Positions 20,705-31,663 are shown, counted from the stretch's first letter. The stretch: DNA of 64,000 nt from Spirochaetota bacterium (GCA_965205605.1 CBDBHE010000008.1:1-64000); one strand, 5' to 3'. Notes: a model not told the origin generated them from the letters alone. A program made the numbers and translations.

Positions 20705-22516
20705 ATGAGACCTGAAAAAATAAGAAATTTTTGTATTGTAGCCCATATTGATCACGGAAAATCAACCCTCTCTGATCGCCTTATTGAAGCCACCAATGCT
20801 ATAGACAAAAGAAAAATGAGTGATCAAATCCTTGATTCTCTTGATATTGAAAAAGAACGAGGGATTACGGTTAAAAGTGCTGTTATTTCTTTAAAATATC
20901 GTGCCAAAAACGAAGAAGAGTATTTACTCAATCTCATCGATACCCCAGGTCATGTTGATTTTACTTATGAAGTGAGTCGATCACTTGCAGCTTGCGAAGG
21001 AGCTATTCTTATTATTGATGGCAGTCAAGGAATTGAAGCTCAAACATTAAGCAATTTTTATCTAGCTTTTGAAGCCAATCTAACAATTTTACCCGTCATT
21101 AACAAAATTGATTTGCCTGCTGCTAACATTGAAAAAACAAGTGAAGAAATTGAAAAAGAACTCGATTTAGACACAGACAACATTATTAAAATTTCTGCTA
21201 AAAATAATATTGGTGTCGAGGACGTGCTTGAAGGCATTATTAGCATCATCCCCCCTCCTTTAAAAAATACTGCTGCTACTTCAACTAAGGCCTTGGTGTT
21301 TGATTCTTTTTTTGATAAATATCGAGGAGCTATTATTTGTACTAGGGTTTTTGAAGGTGAAATCAAAACAAACTCTCAAATGAAACTTTTCTTTGCTAAT
21401 AAAGAATACCAGGTCGAAGAAGTCGGCTATTTAGGTCTGGAAAGAAAAAAAAGAGACTCTTTAAAAACAGGAGAAGTCGGTTACGTCATCTTAGGAGCTA
21501 AATCTGTTTCAGAAATTAAAACAGGTGACACGCTAACCAATGCTAAAAACCCTTGTGAAAAACCTTTAGAAGGTTACAAAGAAATTAAATCAATGGTTTT
21601 TGCAGGAATCTATCCTATTGATTCCAATAAATATCAAGAATTAAAAGATGCTATGGAAAAATTAGTTTTAAATGATGGGGCTTTAAAGTATGAAAAAGAT
21701 AATTCACTTGCTTTAGGTTTTGGTTTTAGGTGTGGTTTTTTAGGACTGCTTCATATGGAAATCGTACAAGAAAGACTCAGCCAAGAATTTAACATGGAAG
21801 TCATTATTACCGCTCCTAGTGTCCTTTATCAAGTCACTTTAAGCAAAAAAAATAATAAAGAAGCAAAAACAATTTCAATTGATAACCCTTCAAAATTTCC
21901 TGAACCCAATTTGATTGAAAGTATTAAAGAACCTCACATTAAAGCTTCTATTGTTACCCCTTCAAAATATTTAGGGGGAATTTTAAAATTGATCCAAGAA
22001 AGAAGAGGAACACAACTCAACTTACGTTACCTTAATGAAAAAAGAGTCGAGGGTATTTTTGAACTTCCTCTTGGAGAAATTGTGTTTGATTTTTACGATA
22101 AATTAAAATCAATTACCAAAGGCTATGCTTCATTTGATTATGAACTCATCGACTACAGACCTGCTGATATTTGTAAAATTGATATTTTAATTAATAAAGA
22201 AGTTGTCGATGCTTTTAGCTTTCTAATCCATCAAGAGAAAGCAAGAGAAAGAGGCCTTGGTATTTTAAAAAAATTATTAAATGAAATTCCAAGACAAATG
22301 TTTGCCATTCCTTTACAAGCTGCTATTGGCTCAACGATTATTGCAAGAGAAACTATCAAAGCTCTTAGAAAGGATGTCACAGCAAAATGTTATGGAGGTG
22401 ATATTAGTCGTAAAAGAAAACTACTTGAAAAACAAAAAGAAGGTAAAAAACAAATGAAATCCGTAGGGAATGTTGATATTCACCAAAAAACATTTATTAA
22501 TGTTTTAAAAACATAA
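20705..22516 (+). CDS. lepA: Translation elongation factor 4
   Basis: AHIDHGKST, RGITVK, DTPGH, NKID, GFRCGFLGLLH and KCYGGD. Confidence 0.97.
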   Translation: MRPEKIRNFCIVAHIDHGKSTLSDRLIEATNAIDKRKMSDQILDSLDIEKERGITVKSAVISLKYRAKNEEEYLLNLIDTPGHVDFTYEVSRSLAACEGAILIIDGSQGIEAQTLSNFYLAFEANLTILPVINKIDLPAANIEKTSEEIEKELDLDTDNIIKISAKNNIGVEDVLEGIISIIPPPLKNTAATSTKALVFDSFFDKYRGAIICTRVFEGEIKTNSQMKLFFANKEYQVEEVGYLGLERKKRDSLKTGEVGYVILGAKSVSEIKTGDTLTNAKNPCEKPLEGYKEIKSMVFAGIYPIDSNKYQELKDAMEKLVLNDGALKYEKDNSLALGFGFRCGFLGLLHMEIVQERLSQEFNMEVIITAPSVLYQVTLSKKNNKEAKTISIDNPSKFPEPNLIESIKEPHIKASIVTPSKYLGGILKLIQERRGTQLNLRYLNEKRVEGIFELPLGEIVFDFYDKLKSITKGYASFDYELIDYRPADICKIDILINKEVVDAFSFLIHQEKARERGLGILKKLLNEIPRQMFAIPLQAAIGSTIIARETIKALRKDVTAKCYGGDISRKRKLLEKQKEGKKQMKSVGNVDIHQKTFINVLKT

Positions 22517-24188
22517 TGAAGCTATTTTTATCTTTTTTTTTCATTATTATTCATATTTGCTTTTCTCTCACAGGACGAGTCAAACCTCCTGCAGAAGTGA
22601 TCGTTTTACAAGGAAAAGATAAAACAAATCGGACGCTTTGTTTTATTCAATTTGATTCTTTAAATTCAGATGAGACCTATGATGTTTTTCAAGACCGTAT
22701 CCCCAAAGCCATCGCTCATCAACTCAAACAATATAAGCAGATTAATGTTCCCAAAAATGACATAAGCCCTATTTTTGAAAATTATAATCAATATGAAATC
22801 ATTGATTTTTCAATTAAAAAAAAACCTCAAGAACATCTAAAATCATTATCCAATACCTTTAAAAAAAATAAAGAATTGGATGAAATGGCTTATTCTATCA
22901 CCAATAAAAAAAAAGACATTGTTACTTATTATATAAAAAAAAAAAAATATGATTACATTGATGCTCATATTAATGACAATTTAACTCAATTTACAAACCA
23001 AGCACTCTACTCCATCAAAACTAATCATTTAGGTTTAAAATATTTTTTTATAAAAGATACTTCCAAAAAACAATTTTTAATTGAAGATAAATTATATCAA
23101 CTTAAAAAAATTGCTATTGAAAAGTTTATTAAACAAATTAGCTCTGATTATTGCATTTATGGAAATTATAAAGCAGATTCTATTGGTGGTTTAGAACTTA
23201 ATATTTTTCTTATTTACAAACATTCAAAAAAAATATCTCTAGTAACAAAGAAAAAAATTAAATCAAATCTTTTTTATGAATCTATAAAAGAAATCACATT
23301 AGAAATCTTATCTTTTATCCAAGAAAAACCTCTTGTTAATGTTAATTTATCAGTTACTTCTACCCCTCCAGGAGCGTATTTATATTTAAACCAAGTATTT
23401 ATTGGGAAAACACCATTACATCTAACTAAAATTATTAAAGACAATTACGAATACAAAATTTGGCATCCAAATGCTGATTCTCCTAAAGTCGAAGCAGAAT
23501 CTGTAAAAATTAACCCCAAAGAATCAAAATTAATGATTACAAAAAATAATCAAAAAAATCAAAACTTAACTTTGTCTTTAAATTAAAAAAAAATCAAGGC
23601 AAATTATCGATGACCGTTCGAAACACCAAAAAATCTGATTTTTACCTAAATACTCATTTAGTTAAAAAAAATACAAACACTTTTTCAACAAATTTAAAAA
23701 GTGGTAATTACTTTATTAAAGTTAAAGAAAAAATCTATTCACCAAGATGGTTTAAAGTAGATATTCATGAAAATCAACTGCTTTCTATTGATTTTAATTT
23801 AGAAACTAAAAAAAAAAACCCATGGCAAGATTTTTTTTTTAATTATTCAAGAAATAATAAAATATTTACTACTTTAGGTATGATTTCTTTTGGAGTTTTA
23901 ATATTTTCATTTAGTCAAAGTTTAGAATTAGAAGATCAACTCCAGCCTTCTATAAAAAGCAACTATCAAAGTTCAACACCCTATTTCAACACACTTCAAG
24001 ATCAATTAAACTTTTATCAACAGTTAAACTCAAGCTTAATTATAACTTCATTGGTTTCCTTCACCATAGCTACTTTATCTAAGGTTTTTAAGATTCAAAA
24101 AGATAATATCAAGATCGAAACAATTGAAAAACATCAAAAAGATGTTAATATTAAAATATTCCCTCAAACAATAAATTCATCTCCATAA
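22516..24188 (+). CDS. Secreted PEGA-domain protein, split by one frameshift
   Basis: Signal peptide and PEGA motif VTSTPPGAYLYLN..IGKTP. ORFs 22516-23586 and 23610-24188 join if the A7 run at 23552-23558 has one more A. Two TM-like segments near the C-terminus. Confidence 0.6.
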
Positions 24189-24202
24189 GCTTTAAAAAAA
24201 CT

Positions 24203-25103
24203 ATGTTTAAAAACATTTTTAAAAAAAAAATTACTGAAAAAAAAAAATCAAATTACCCTTGGAAAAAAATTTTTCATTTCCAAAAAATAGATGAAAAAAT
24301 TTTTTCTGAAATAGAAGAAAGCCTTATTCGAGCTGATTGTGATTTTAAAAGCTGTTCTTTTATACTAGATCATTTTAAAAATAAACTGAAAGAAAAAAAA
24401 ACAAATGATAAAGATATTTTTTAAAACAATTTTAAAACAAACGATTCTTTCTTGTTTTAGTGAAGACAAGCCACTTACTTTAGAAGAAAACAAACTCAAT
24501 GTTTTATTAATTAGTGGTATTAATGGTGTTGGTAAAACTACAAGTATTGCCAAAATAGCTCATTATTACCAAACAAAACAGGGTAAAAAAATTTCACTTG
24601 GAGCTGCTGATACCTTTCGAGCAGCTGCATTTGAACAATTAAATATCTGGGGGGAAAGACTCAGTGTCAATGTCTCTGGCAGTTCTCAAGCTAAAGACCC
24701 TTGTTCTGTTGCTTATGATGCTATCGAGTCAGCTCTTTCAAAAAAACATGATCTTTGCATTATTGATACAGCTGGCAGACTTGAAAACAAAAAACATTTA
24801 ATGGAACAACTAACAAAAATGAAAAGAGTCATTTTGAAATTTGAAAATAAAGTTAATCTTATCAACCTCATTATTATTGACACTACTTTAGGAAAAAACT
24901 CTTTTGATCAAGTACAAATATTTAATGAAAAACTTAATTTAAATGGCATCATGATCACAAAACTTGATACCAATGCCAAAGGAGGTATTTTAATTTCTAT
25001 AGCCAATACTTTTAAATTACCCATTTATTTTATTGGTAACGGGGAAAAATTAGAAAATTTCTCTCTTTTTAACAGTGAACAATACGTAAAATCCCTTTTA
25101 TAA
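24203..25103 (+). CDS. ftsY: Signal recognition particle receptor FtsY, split by one frameshift
   Basis: N-domain IEESLIRAD in the first ORF; GINGVGKTT, DTFRAAA, DTAGR and TKLD in the second. Rejoined by removing one base in the A9 or T6 run near 24393-24422. Confidence 0.9.
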
Positions 25104-25107
25104 CAAT

Positions 25108-25509
25108 ATGATAAAATCAGTTTTTATTTGTTTGTTTATAGGCGGAGGGATTGGAGCTTGTTTAAGATACCTAATTACTCATTTTGCCCAAAAATATTCA
25201 AGTATTACCTTCTTAGGAGTTTTATTATCAAATATTTTAGGTTGTTTTTTAATTGGGTTCCTGCTTCAACAAAACTTTATGAAAAATACCTATCAACATC
25301 ATTTTTGGGTGACTGGATTACTGGGGGCTTTAACTACTTTTTCTAGTTTTTCTTATCAATCCTTACAATTTATGATGCTTAATATGTATGAAAAAGCTTT
25401 GTGGAATATTTTTTTAAACAATATTTTAGGATTAACATCAGCATTGATGGGGTATTGGCTAGGTCATAAAATTACAATTTTAATTGAAAAAACTACTTTC
25501 TTAAACTAA
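25108..25509 (+). CDS. crcB: Fluoride channel Fluc/CrcB
   Basis: GGGIGACLRY, N..GCF and G..GALTTFSSF; four TM helices. Confidence 0.9.
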   Translation: MIKSVFICLFIGGGIGACLRYLITHFAQKYSSITFLGVLLSNILGCFLIGFLLQQNFMKNTYQHHFWVTGLLGALTTFSSFSYQSLQFMMLNMYEKALWNIFLNNILGLTSALMGYWLGHKITILIEKTTFLN

Positions 25510-25521
25510 GAGAATCAAAGA

Positions 25522-26610
25522 ATGCTTGAAGAAGAAAAATCAGAAATAGAAATCATCTCTAAAAAAATAAAAAACAATTTACAAGCTTTAAAATTAGAAC
25601 AACTTAAAGAAAATTTAAACAATCTTAAAAAACAACAAACTAATCCTGAGTTTTATAAAAATTATGAAAAACTAAAAACCATTAATATTAAAATTAAAGA
25701 AATAGAAAAAATCATTCATCCTTGGATTGAAATAGAAAATAAAAAAGAAGATCTACAAGCACTTGTTGAAATGGCAATTGAAGAAGAAGATTTTTCTTTA
25801 AATAAAGAAATCAAAACGACCATTAAAAAAATTCGTCAAACGCTTGATAAATTGGAAATTATTCGAATCTTTAAAGACAAAGATGATTTTAGTAATACTT
25901 ACCTTAGTATTCATTCTGGAGCAGGAGGCACAGAATCTTGTGATTGGTCTCTTATGCTTTATCGAATGTATCTAAGGTGGATCGAATCAATGGAATTTAA
26001 ACATTCTATTGTTGACTATCAAAGTGGTGAAGAAGCAGGGATCAAATCTGTCACTATTTATGTAAAAGGAAATTATGCTCACGGGTATCTCAAAGCTGAA
26101 ACAGGTGTTCATCGATTGGTTCGTATTTCTCCTTTTGATAGTGCCAAAAAAAGGCATACTTCTTTTTCGTCTGTTTTATTGACTCCTGAAATTAATGAAG
26201 ATATTAATATTGACATTCAAGCGTCTGATATTAGAGTGGATACTTATCGAGCCGGTGGAGCCGGTGGTCAACATGTCAATAAAACAGACTCTGCTGTTAG
26301 AATCACCCATTTAAAAACTAATATCGTTACTTCTTGTCAAGCAGAACGAAGTCAGTTTCAAAACAAAGAAAGAGCTATGAAAATACTTAAAGCCAGAGTT
26401 TATGATTACTACAAACAACAAGAAAAAGAAAAAATTAAAAATAAAAGTGCTGAAAAAAAAAAAATTGAATGGGGTTCTCAAATTCGTTCTTATATTTTTC
26501 ACCCTTATAACCTTGTTAAAGACCATAGAACCGGTTATGAAATTGGTAATATTCAAGCTGTTATGAACGGAGAAATAAGTGGTTTGATTAATGCTTGGTT
26601 ACGGATTTAA
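25522..26610 (+). CDS. prfB: Peptide chain release factor 2 (no programmed frameshift)
   Basis: GAGGTES, anticodon tripeptide SPF, GGQ and WGSQIRSY; uninterrupted 362-aa ORF. Confidence 0.96.
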   Translation: MLEEEKSEIEIISKKIKNNLQALKLEQLKENLNNLKKQQTNPEFYKNYEKLKTINIKIKEIEKIIHPWIEIENKKEDLQALVEMAIEEEDFSLNKEIKTTIKKIRQTLDKLEIIRIFKDKDDFSNTYLSIHSGAGGTESCDWSLMLYRMYLRWIESMEFKHSIVDYQSGEEAGIKSVTIYVKGNYAHGYLKAETGVHRLVRISPFDSAKKRHTSFSSVLLTPEINEDINIDIQASDIRVDTYRAGGAGGQHVNKTDSAVRITHLKTNIVTSCQAERSQFQNKERAMKILKARVYDYYKQQEKEKIKNKSAEKKKIEWGSQIRSYIFHPYNLVKDHRTGYEIGNIQAVMNGEISGLINAWLRI

Positions 26611-26615
26611 AAAAA

Positions 26616-27803
26616 ATGGATTCAAAAAAAATTATTGAAACTATAAAACGAGGGGCAGAAGAAATCATTTCAGAAGAAGAACTAACTAAAAAATTAAAAC
26701 AAAATAAACCTTTAATTATAAAAGCTGGATTTGATCCCACAGCTCCTGACCTTCATTTAGGACACACTGTTTTACTTAGAAAAATGAAGCAATTTCAAGA
26801 CTTGGGCCACCGAGTCGTTTTTTTAATTGGAGATTTCACAGCAATGATTGGAGATCCAAGTGGTAAATCAAAAATTAGAAAAAAACTTTTAAAACAAGAT
26901 GTTGATAAAAATGCTAAAATTTATGCTTCTCAAATTAAAAAAATTCTTGATCAAACTAAAATAAGTGTTATTTTTAACAGTCAATGGCACCAAAATAGTC
27001 ACTTAACCTCTTTTCTAGAGCTTTCTAGTCATTACACCGTTGCTCGTATTTTAGAAAGAAATGATTTTTCCAAACGTTTTAAAAATAATCAACCCATTTC
27101 TATCATTGAAATGCTTTATCCCTTAATCCAAGCTTGGGATTCTATTCATTTAAAAGCCGATGTCGAACTTGGCGGAACCGATCAAAAGTTTAATTTATTG
27201 GTCGGAAGGCAACTACAAAAAGAATATCAACAAAAACCTCAAATTATTATCACCGTACCTATTTTAGAAGGCTTAGATGGCGTAGAAAAAATGAGTAAAT
27301 CTTTAGGTAATAGCATTGGTATTTTTGAAACGCCTAAAGAAATGTATGGCAAACTAATGTCAATTCCAGATACTCTTATCTTTCGCTATTTCGAACTTTT
27401 AACAGATGTAAGCTATAAAATAATAAACCATTATAAACAAAAAATAGACACAGGAGAAAACCCTAAAAATATTAAAATCATTTTAGCAAAAACAATCGTC
27501 TCCATGTATCACTCTAAAGAAAAAGCAGAAATAGCAGAAAAAGAATTTAAAACGATTTTTTCAAACAAAGGCCTCCCTAATGAAATTCCAACAATAAAAA
27601 TAAATGAAAAAAAAATCAATATCATTTCTTTAATAGAAAAAACAAAAATTTATGAAAGCAAAAATCAAATTAGACGCCTAATAAAAGAAGGTGGCGTCTC
27701 AATTAACCAAGAAAAAATCCTAAATGAAATGACTCAAATTACCCTTGAAAAAGAATTAATTCTTAAAATAGGAAAAAGAAAGTTTTATAAAATAACGACT
27801 TAG
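26616..27803 (+). CDS. tyrS: Tyrosine--tRNA ligase
   Basis: [26 protein letters not shown] and a C-terminal S4 domain; ATG at 26616. Confidence 0.96.
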   Translation: MDSKKIIETIKRGAEEIISEEELTKKLKQNKPLIIKAGFDPTAPDLHLGHTVLLRKMKQFQDLGHRVVFLIGDFTAMIGDPSGKSKIRKKLLKQDVDKNAKIYASQIKKILDQTKISVIFNSQWHQNSHLTSFLELSSHYTVARILERNDFSKRFKNNQPISIIEMLYPLIQAWDSIHLKADVELGGTDQKFNLLVGRQLQKEYQQKPQIIITVPILEGLDGVEKMSKSLGNSIGIFETPKEMYGKLMSIPDTLIFRYFELLTDVSYKIINHYKQKIDTGENPKNIKIILAKTIVSMYHSKEKAEIAEKEFKTIFSNKGLPNEIPTIKINEKKINIISLIEKTKIYESKNQIRRLIKEGGVSINQEKILNEMTQITLEKELILKIGKRKFYKITT

Positions 27804-27865
27804 TTTGAAAATGAAACTTCTTTTAAAAAACAACTCTTTCTTTTTTTTAGAAAAATCTTTATAAA

Positions 27866-29140
27866 ATGCTTCCTTTGGTCTTAGCTTATTTTCTTTTTTT
27901 TCTACTAGCTCCCTTTATTTTATTCTTTTTAATCATCGCTTTTCTCTTTCAATTTATTTCTTATGAAAACTTTAAAGGAAAACTTGGCATCAGTATCCCT
28001 AAAAACTGCTATCCAAATAAGCCATCCATTTGGCTTCATTTTTCTTCCCTAGGAGAATATCAAACAAATCATTTTTTTTTAAAACAACTTGTTAAATCTC
28101 AAAGTACACTCCTAAAGAAAAATCAAAAAAAATTTCTTATTACTTATTTTAATCAAGACACTTCTAAAATCATTGAGCAAGATTGGCCTAATCTTCCTTC
28201 TTTATTTTTTCCTTTAGAAAATCCTTTTAGTTATCAAAAAATAATAAAAAAATTCAATATTAATAAAGTTATTTTTTTTGAAACAGAAATATGGCCTTTT
28301 TTTTTAATGATTCTTTTTAAAAAAAAAATACAAGCTTATCTTATTAATGGTTGTTTACAAAATAATAGTTTTATTCATTATCAAAAAATAAAAAAATTTA
28401 TTTCTTTTTTATCTAAAGCTTATCAACATGTTTTTACTCAAGACTTCAATGAAAAAGAAAAATTTTTAAAAATAGGATTTTCGAAAAATCAAATTTCTGT
28501 CGGCCACAACTTAAAATACTTACAAGGTTTTTCAAAAGTTAAAAAAAAAACAGATTATAAAAAAAAACTTTCATTTCCAAAAAACTCTTTTATCATTACC
28601 TTAGGCTCCATTCACTTTAAAGAAGATATCCTTATATTAAAACAAATCCTCCCTCTTCTAAAAAACAACCCTCATTTTTACTTCATTTTAGCCCCAAGAG
28701 AAATCAAAAAAACAAAGCCCCTTTTCAAATTTCTTCAAAAAAACAATGTTAAATTTACTAAAAGAACAGAAAAAAAAAATCAAAAAAAAAAAAATCAACT
28801 ATTGATTCTCAATACTTATGGCGAACTTGCCAGTATCTATTCTATTAGTGATCTAGTTATTATTGGGGGTTCGTTTATCCCTATAGGAGGGCACAATCCT
28901 TTAGAAGCTATTCATTACAATAAAAAAGTAATTGTAGGACCTTATATGAATCATTTTAAAAATATTATAAAAAATTTTAATTCCTATATAAGCACAAGCA
29001 CTCTTAAAGATTTACCAAAGATCATTGATCAATCTATTAAAAAAAATAATAAAAAAGACTATGGAAAACAACTTCTTGAAAAAAAAAGAAAAGAAGCGAT
29101 TTCTTTTGTAAAAAATGCCATAGAAAAAATAAATCATTAG
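27866..29140 (+). CDS. waaA: 3-deoxy-D-manno-octulosonic acid transferase
   Basis: N-terminal TM, WLHFSSLGE, ETEIWP, NLKY, GEL..Y and GGSF...GGHNPLEA. Confidence 0.88.
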   Translation: MLPLVLAYFLFFLLAPFILFFLIIAFLFQFISYENFKGKLGISIPKNCYPNKPSIWLHFSSLGEYQTNHFFLKQLVKSQSTLLKKNQKKFLITYFNQDTSKIIEQDWPNLPSLFFPLENPFSYQKIIKKFNINKVIFFETEIWPFFLMILFKKKIQAYLINGCLQNNSFIHYQKIKKFISFLSKAYQHVFTQDFNEKEKFLKIGFSKNQISVGHNLKYLQGFSKVKKKTDYKKKLSFPKNSFIITLGSIHFKEDILILKQILPLLKNNPHFYFILAPREIKKTKPLFKFLQKNNVKFTKRTEKKNQKKKNQLLILNTYGELASIYSISDLVIIGGSFIPIGGHNPLEAIHYNKKVIVGPYMNHFKNIIKNFNSYISTSTLKDLPKIIDQSIKKNNKKDYGKQLLEKKRKEAISFVKNAIEKINH

Positions 29141-29176
29141 AAATTTATTTAACTAAAAAAAAATCTAAAAAAACAA

Positions 29177-29185
29177 TGCTATAAT
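29177..29185 (+). promoter_or_regulatory. Extended -10 promoter of the tRNA gene
   Basis: Perfect TGnTATAAT (TGCTATAAT) 14 bp upstream of the tRNA. Confidence 0.6.
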
Positions 29186-29199
29186 TTTCTCTAAAATAG

Positions 29200-29273
29200 G
29201 CGCTCGTAGCTCAGCTGGATAGAGCATCAGGTTGCGGTCCTGAAGGTCGGAAGTTCAAATCTTCTCGAGCGTG
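29200..29273 (+). tRNA. tRNA-Arg(GCG)
   Basis: Cloverleaf: acceptor GCGCTCG/CGAGCGT, D arm GCTC/GAGC, anticodon arm TCAGG-TTGCGGT-CCTGA (GCG at 29234-29236), T arm GGAAG-TTCAAAT-CTTCT. CCA is not encoded. Confidence 0.95.
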
Positions 29274-29314
29274 ATTACATATTATTTTTATACTAATTGA
29301 TTTAATCTTTGGCT

Positions 29315-30202
29315 ATGCTCCCTTTATTCAATATTATTATATTTTCCCAATTCTTAATTTTTTTATATTTTATTTTTGATCTTCTTTTTTTCTCTTATAT
29401 CGCTCCAACTACTTCTCAATATTATAAATTACTGATTTTAAACACATATAAAACAATCTCTAAAAATCATACCTCTCCTATTACTTTTACTACTTATCAT
29501 GTGAAAAATAAAGATAGTTTTTGGAATATAGCCAAAAAAAAAGGTATTTTTATCGATTCCATCATTTCTCTTAATAATCCAGAAAAGGCCCATTTTATCC
29601 AAGTAAATAACAAACTTAAAATCCCTAACGTGGACGGAATCTGGCACGAAAAAGAAAATCTTTTAAAAGAAAATCTCAATTACCTCGCTTCTAATTACAA
29701 AATTTCTAAAAAAGTACTTGCTTATTTCAACCCTAATCATAATGACACAAATCAAATTTTCATTCCTAATGCTACCTTTTCACTTGCAGAAAGAAGTAAA
29801 AAACTAGGTTATCTTTTTTTAAAACCTATTTTTAATATAAGAATCACAAGTCATTGGGGAATACGAATTCATCCAATAACTAAAAAAAGAGATTTTCATT
29901 CGGGAGTAGATATTGCAGGGAACAAACACACGGTTGTTTACTCTTCAAAAGGAGGAACGGTTATTTTTGCTGGATATGCTTTTGGTTATGGCAACCTTGT
30001 TGTTATAAAACATGCCAATAATTATAAAACAAAATATGCTCATCTAAATTCTATTTTAGTAAGGACAGGTAAAAAAATTCCATCTCAATATCCTATAGGA
30101 AAAGTGGGGACAACAGGGAGGTCCACCGGCTACCATTTACATTTTGAAATTTTAAAAAAAGGAAAATCTATTAATCCACTTGAACTTACAGAACTTTATT
30201 AA
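29315..30202 (+). CDS. LysM + M23 peptidoglycan endopeptidase
   Basis: TM anchor, LysM (YHVKNKDSFWNIA), M23 zinc motifs HSGVD and HLH, YGNLV and YAHL. Confidence 0.88.
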   Translation: MLPLFNIIIFSQFLIFLYFIFDLLFFSYIAPTTSQYYKLLILNTYKTISKNHTSPITFTTYHVKNKDSFWNIAKKKGIFIDSIISLNNPEKAHFIQVNNKLKIPNVDGIWHEKENLLKENLNYLASNYKISKKVLAYFNPNHNDTNQIFIPNATFSLAERSKKLGYLFLKPIFNIRITSHWGIRIHPITKKRDFHSGVDIAGNKHTVVYSSKGGTVIFAGYAFGYGNLVVIKHANNYKTKYAHLNSILVRTGKKIPSQYPIGKVGTTGRSTGYHLHFEILKKGKSINPLELTELY

Positions 30203-30214
30203 ATAATTTTTACG

Positions 30215-31543
30215 ATGAAAACAAAAGCTTACTTTACTTGTTCAGAAAAGAAAACAGATGCCGAATATCAATTAAATGAAATTCGTTACTATAGTGATGA
30301 AAATACCCTTTTAGAAGTAACCTTAGACCCCAACTATCTTAAAAGTAAATCGCCAAAAAAATGGAAACAACTTTTTGACCATCGACTTAACTCGATTCAA
30401 TTTCCATACAACTCTGGTGTTTGGAACAAAAAAGAATGGGTCCTTCCTGACATTTCTTTAAAAAATATCATTTCTCTAGGCGAAGGAAATACTCCTTTAC
30501 TTGAGTCTAAAAAATTTACCCAAAAACTAGGCGTAAAAAGTCTTTGGATTAAACAATGCGGTATTAGCCACACAGGTTCTTTTAAAGACTTGGGAATGAC
30601 CGTTCTTGTCAGTCAAGTGAATCAAATGATTGCAGAAGGTAAAAATATTAAAGCAATTGCTTGTGCTTCTACAGGAGATACTTCAGCAGCTTTATCTTCC
30701 TACGCTGCTTGGGCAGGAATTCCCTCGATTGTTTTTTTACCCAAAGACAAAATCTCTATTTCTCAATTAATTCAACCTATTTCAAATGCTTCTTTAGTTT
30801 TTAGTCTCGATACAGATTTTGATGGTTGTATGCAAGTGGTAAAAGAGATAACCACTCAAGAAGGTATTTATCTTGCTAATTCTATGAATTCTCTTCGTTT
30901 AGAAGGACAAAAAACAATTAGTATGGAAATTTGCCAACAACTTGGGTGGAAAGTACCTGATTGGATTATTATTCCAGGTGGAAATCTAGGAAACATTTCT
31001 GCTTTGGGAAAAGGGTTTAAAGAAATGAAATTGATGGGACTAATTAAAGATCTTCCTAGAATTGCTGTTGCACAAGCAAAAAATGCAAATCCTCTTTACC
31101 TCTCCTATAGTCAAAAAAAAGAATCTATCAAACCAATTCAAGCAAAAAAAACCCAAGCTTCTGCTATTCAAATAGGTAATCCAGTTTCAGCTAAAAAAGC
31201 CATTAAAGTTTTAAAAGAATTGAATGGAGTCGTAGAACAAGTCAGTGAAAAACAATTAGCCAATAGTGCTGCTATAGGCGACTTTCATGGGTTTTTTAAT
31301 TGTCCCCAAACAGGTGTTGCTTTAGGAGCTTTTATTAACTTAATTGAAAAAAAAATTATTTCTAAAAAAGAAAAAATCGTTATTATCAGTACAGCTCACG
31401 GTCTTAAATTTTCAGAATTTAAAATTAATTATCACACAAACAATACAAAATCTTTTAAACCAAAGTTTGCTAATGAAATTATTAAGTTACCAAAAGATCT
31501 TGATTTAATTAAAAAAACACTTAAAAAAAAATTAAACCCATAA
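30215..31543 (+). CDS. thrC: Threonine synthase
   Basis: GEGNTPL, HTGSFKDLG (PLP Lys), CASTGDTS, PGGNLGN and TAHGLKF. Confidence 0.93.
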   Translation: MKTKAYFTCSEKKTDAEYQLNEIRYYSDENTLLEVTLDPNYLKSKSPKKWKQLFDHRLNSIQFPYNSGVWNKKEWVLPDISLKNIISLGEGNTPLLESKKFTQKLGVKSLWIKQCGISHTGSFKDLGMTVLVSQVNQMIAEGKNIKAIACASTGDTSAALSSYAAWAGIPSIVFLPKDKISISQLIQPISNASLVFSLDTDFDGCMQVVKEITTQEGIYLANSMNSLRLEGQKTISMEICQQLGWKVPDWIIIPGGNLGNISALGKGFKEMKLMGLIKDLPRIAVAQAKNANPLYLSYSQKKESIKPIQAKKTQASAIQIGNPVSAKKAIKVLKELNGVVEQVSEKQLANSAAIGDFHGFFNCPQTGVALGAFINLIEKKIISKKEKIVIISTAHGLKFSEFKINYHTNNTKSFKPKFANEIIKLPKDLDLIKKTLKKKLNP

Positions 31544-31561
31544 ATCATTAAATCACCTAGT

Positions 31562-31590
31562 TTGACACCAATTTTTCTCTATAGTAAAAT
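31562..31590 (+). promoter_or_regulatory. Sigma70-type promoter for carA-carB-purF-kdsB
   Basis: TTGACA-17 bp-TAAAAT. Confidence 0.65.
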
Positions 31591-31663
31591 CAATATCGTT
31601 ATATCAATTGATTATTGATCTACTTTATTATTTTTAAAATTTTCTATTTGTGAGTCTTTTTCG

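Noticed and set aside
24203-25103. ftsY (and tamB) as true pseudogenes
   Set aside because: FtsY is essential, all motifs are intact, and the only lesions are single-base shifts in homopolymers.
25080-25110. Fluoride riboswitch before crcB; T-box before tyrS or thrC
   Set aside because: The genes are only a few bases apart, leaving no room, and no consensus motifs are present.
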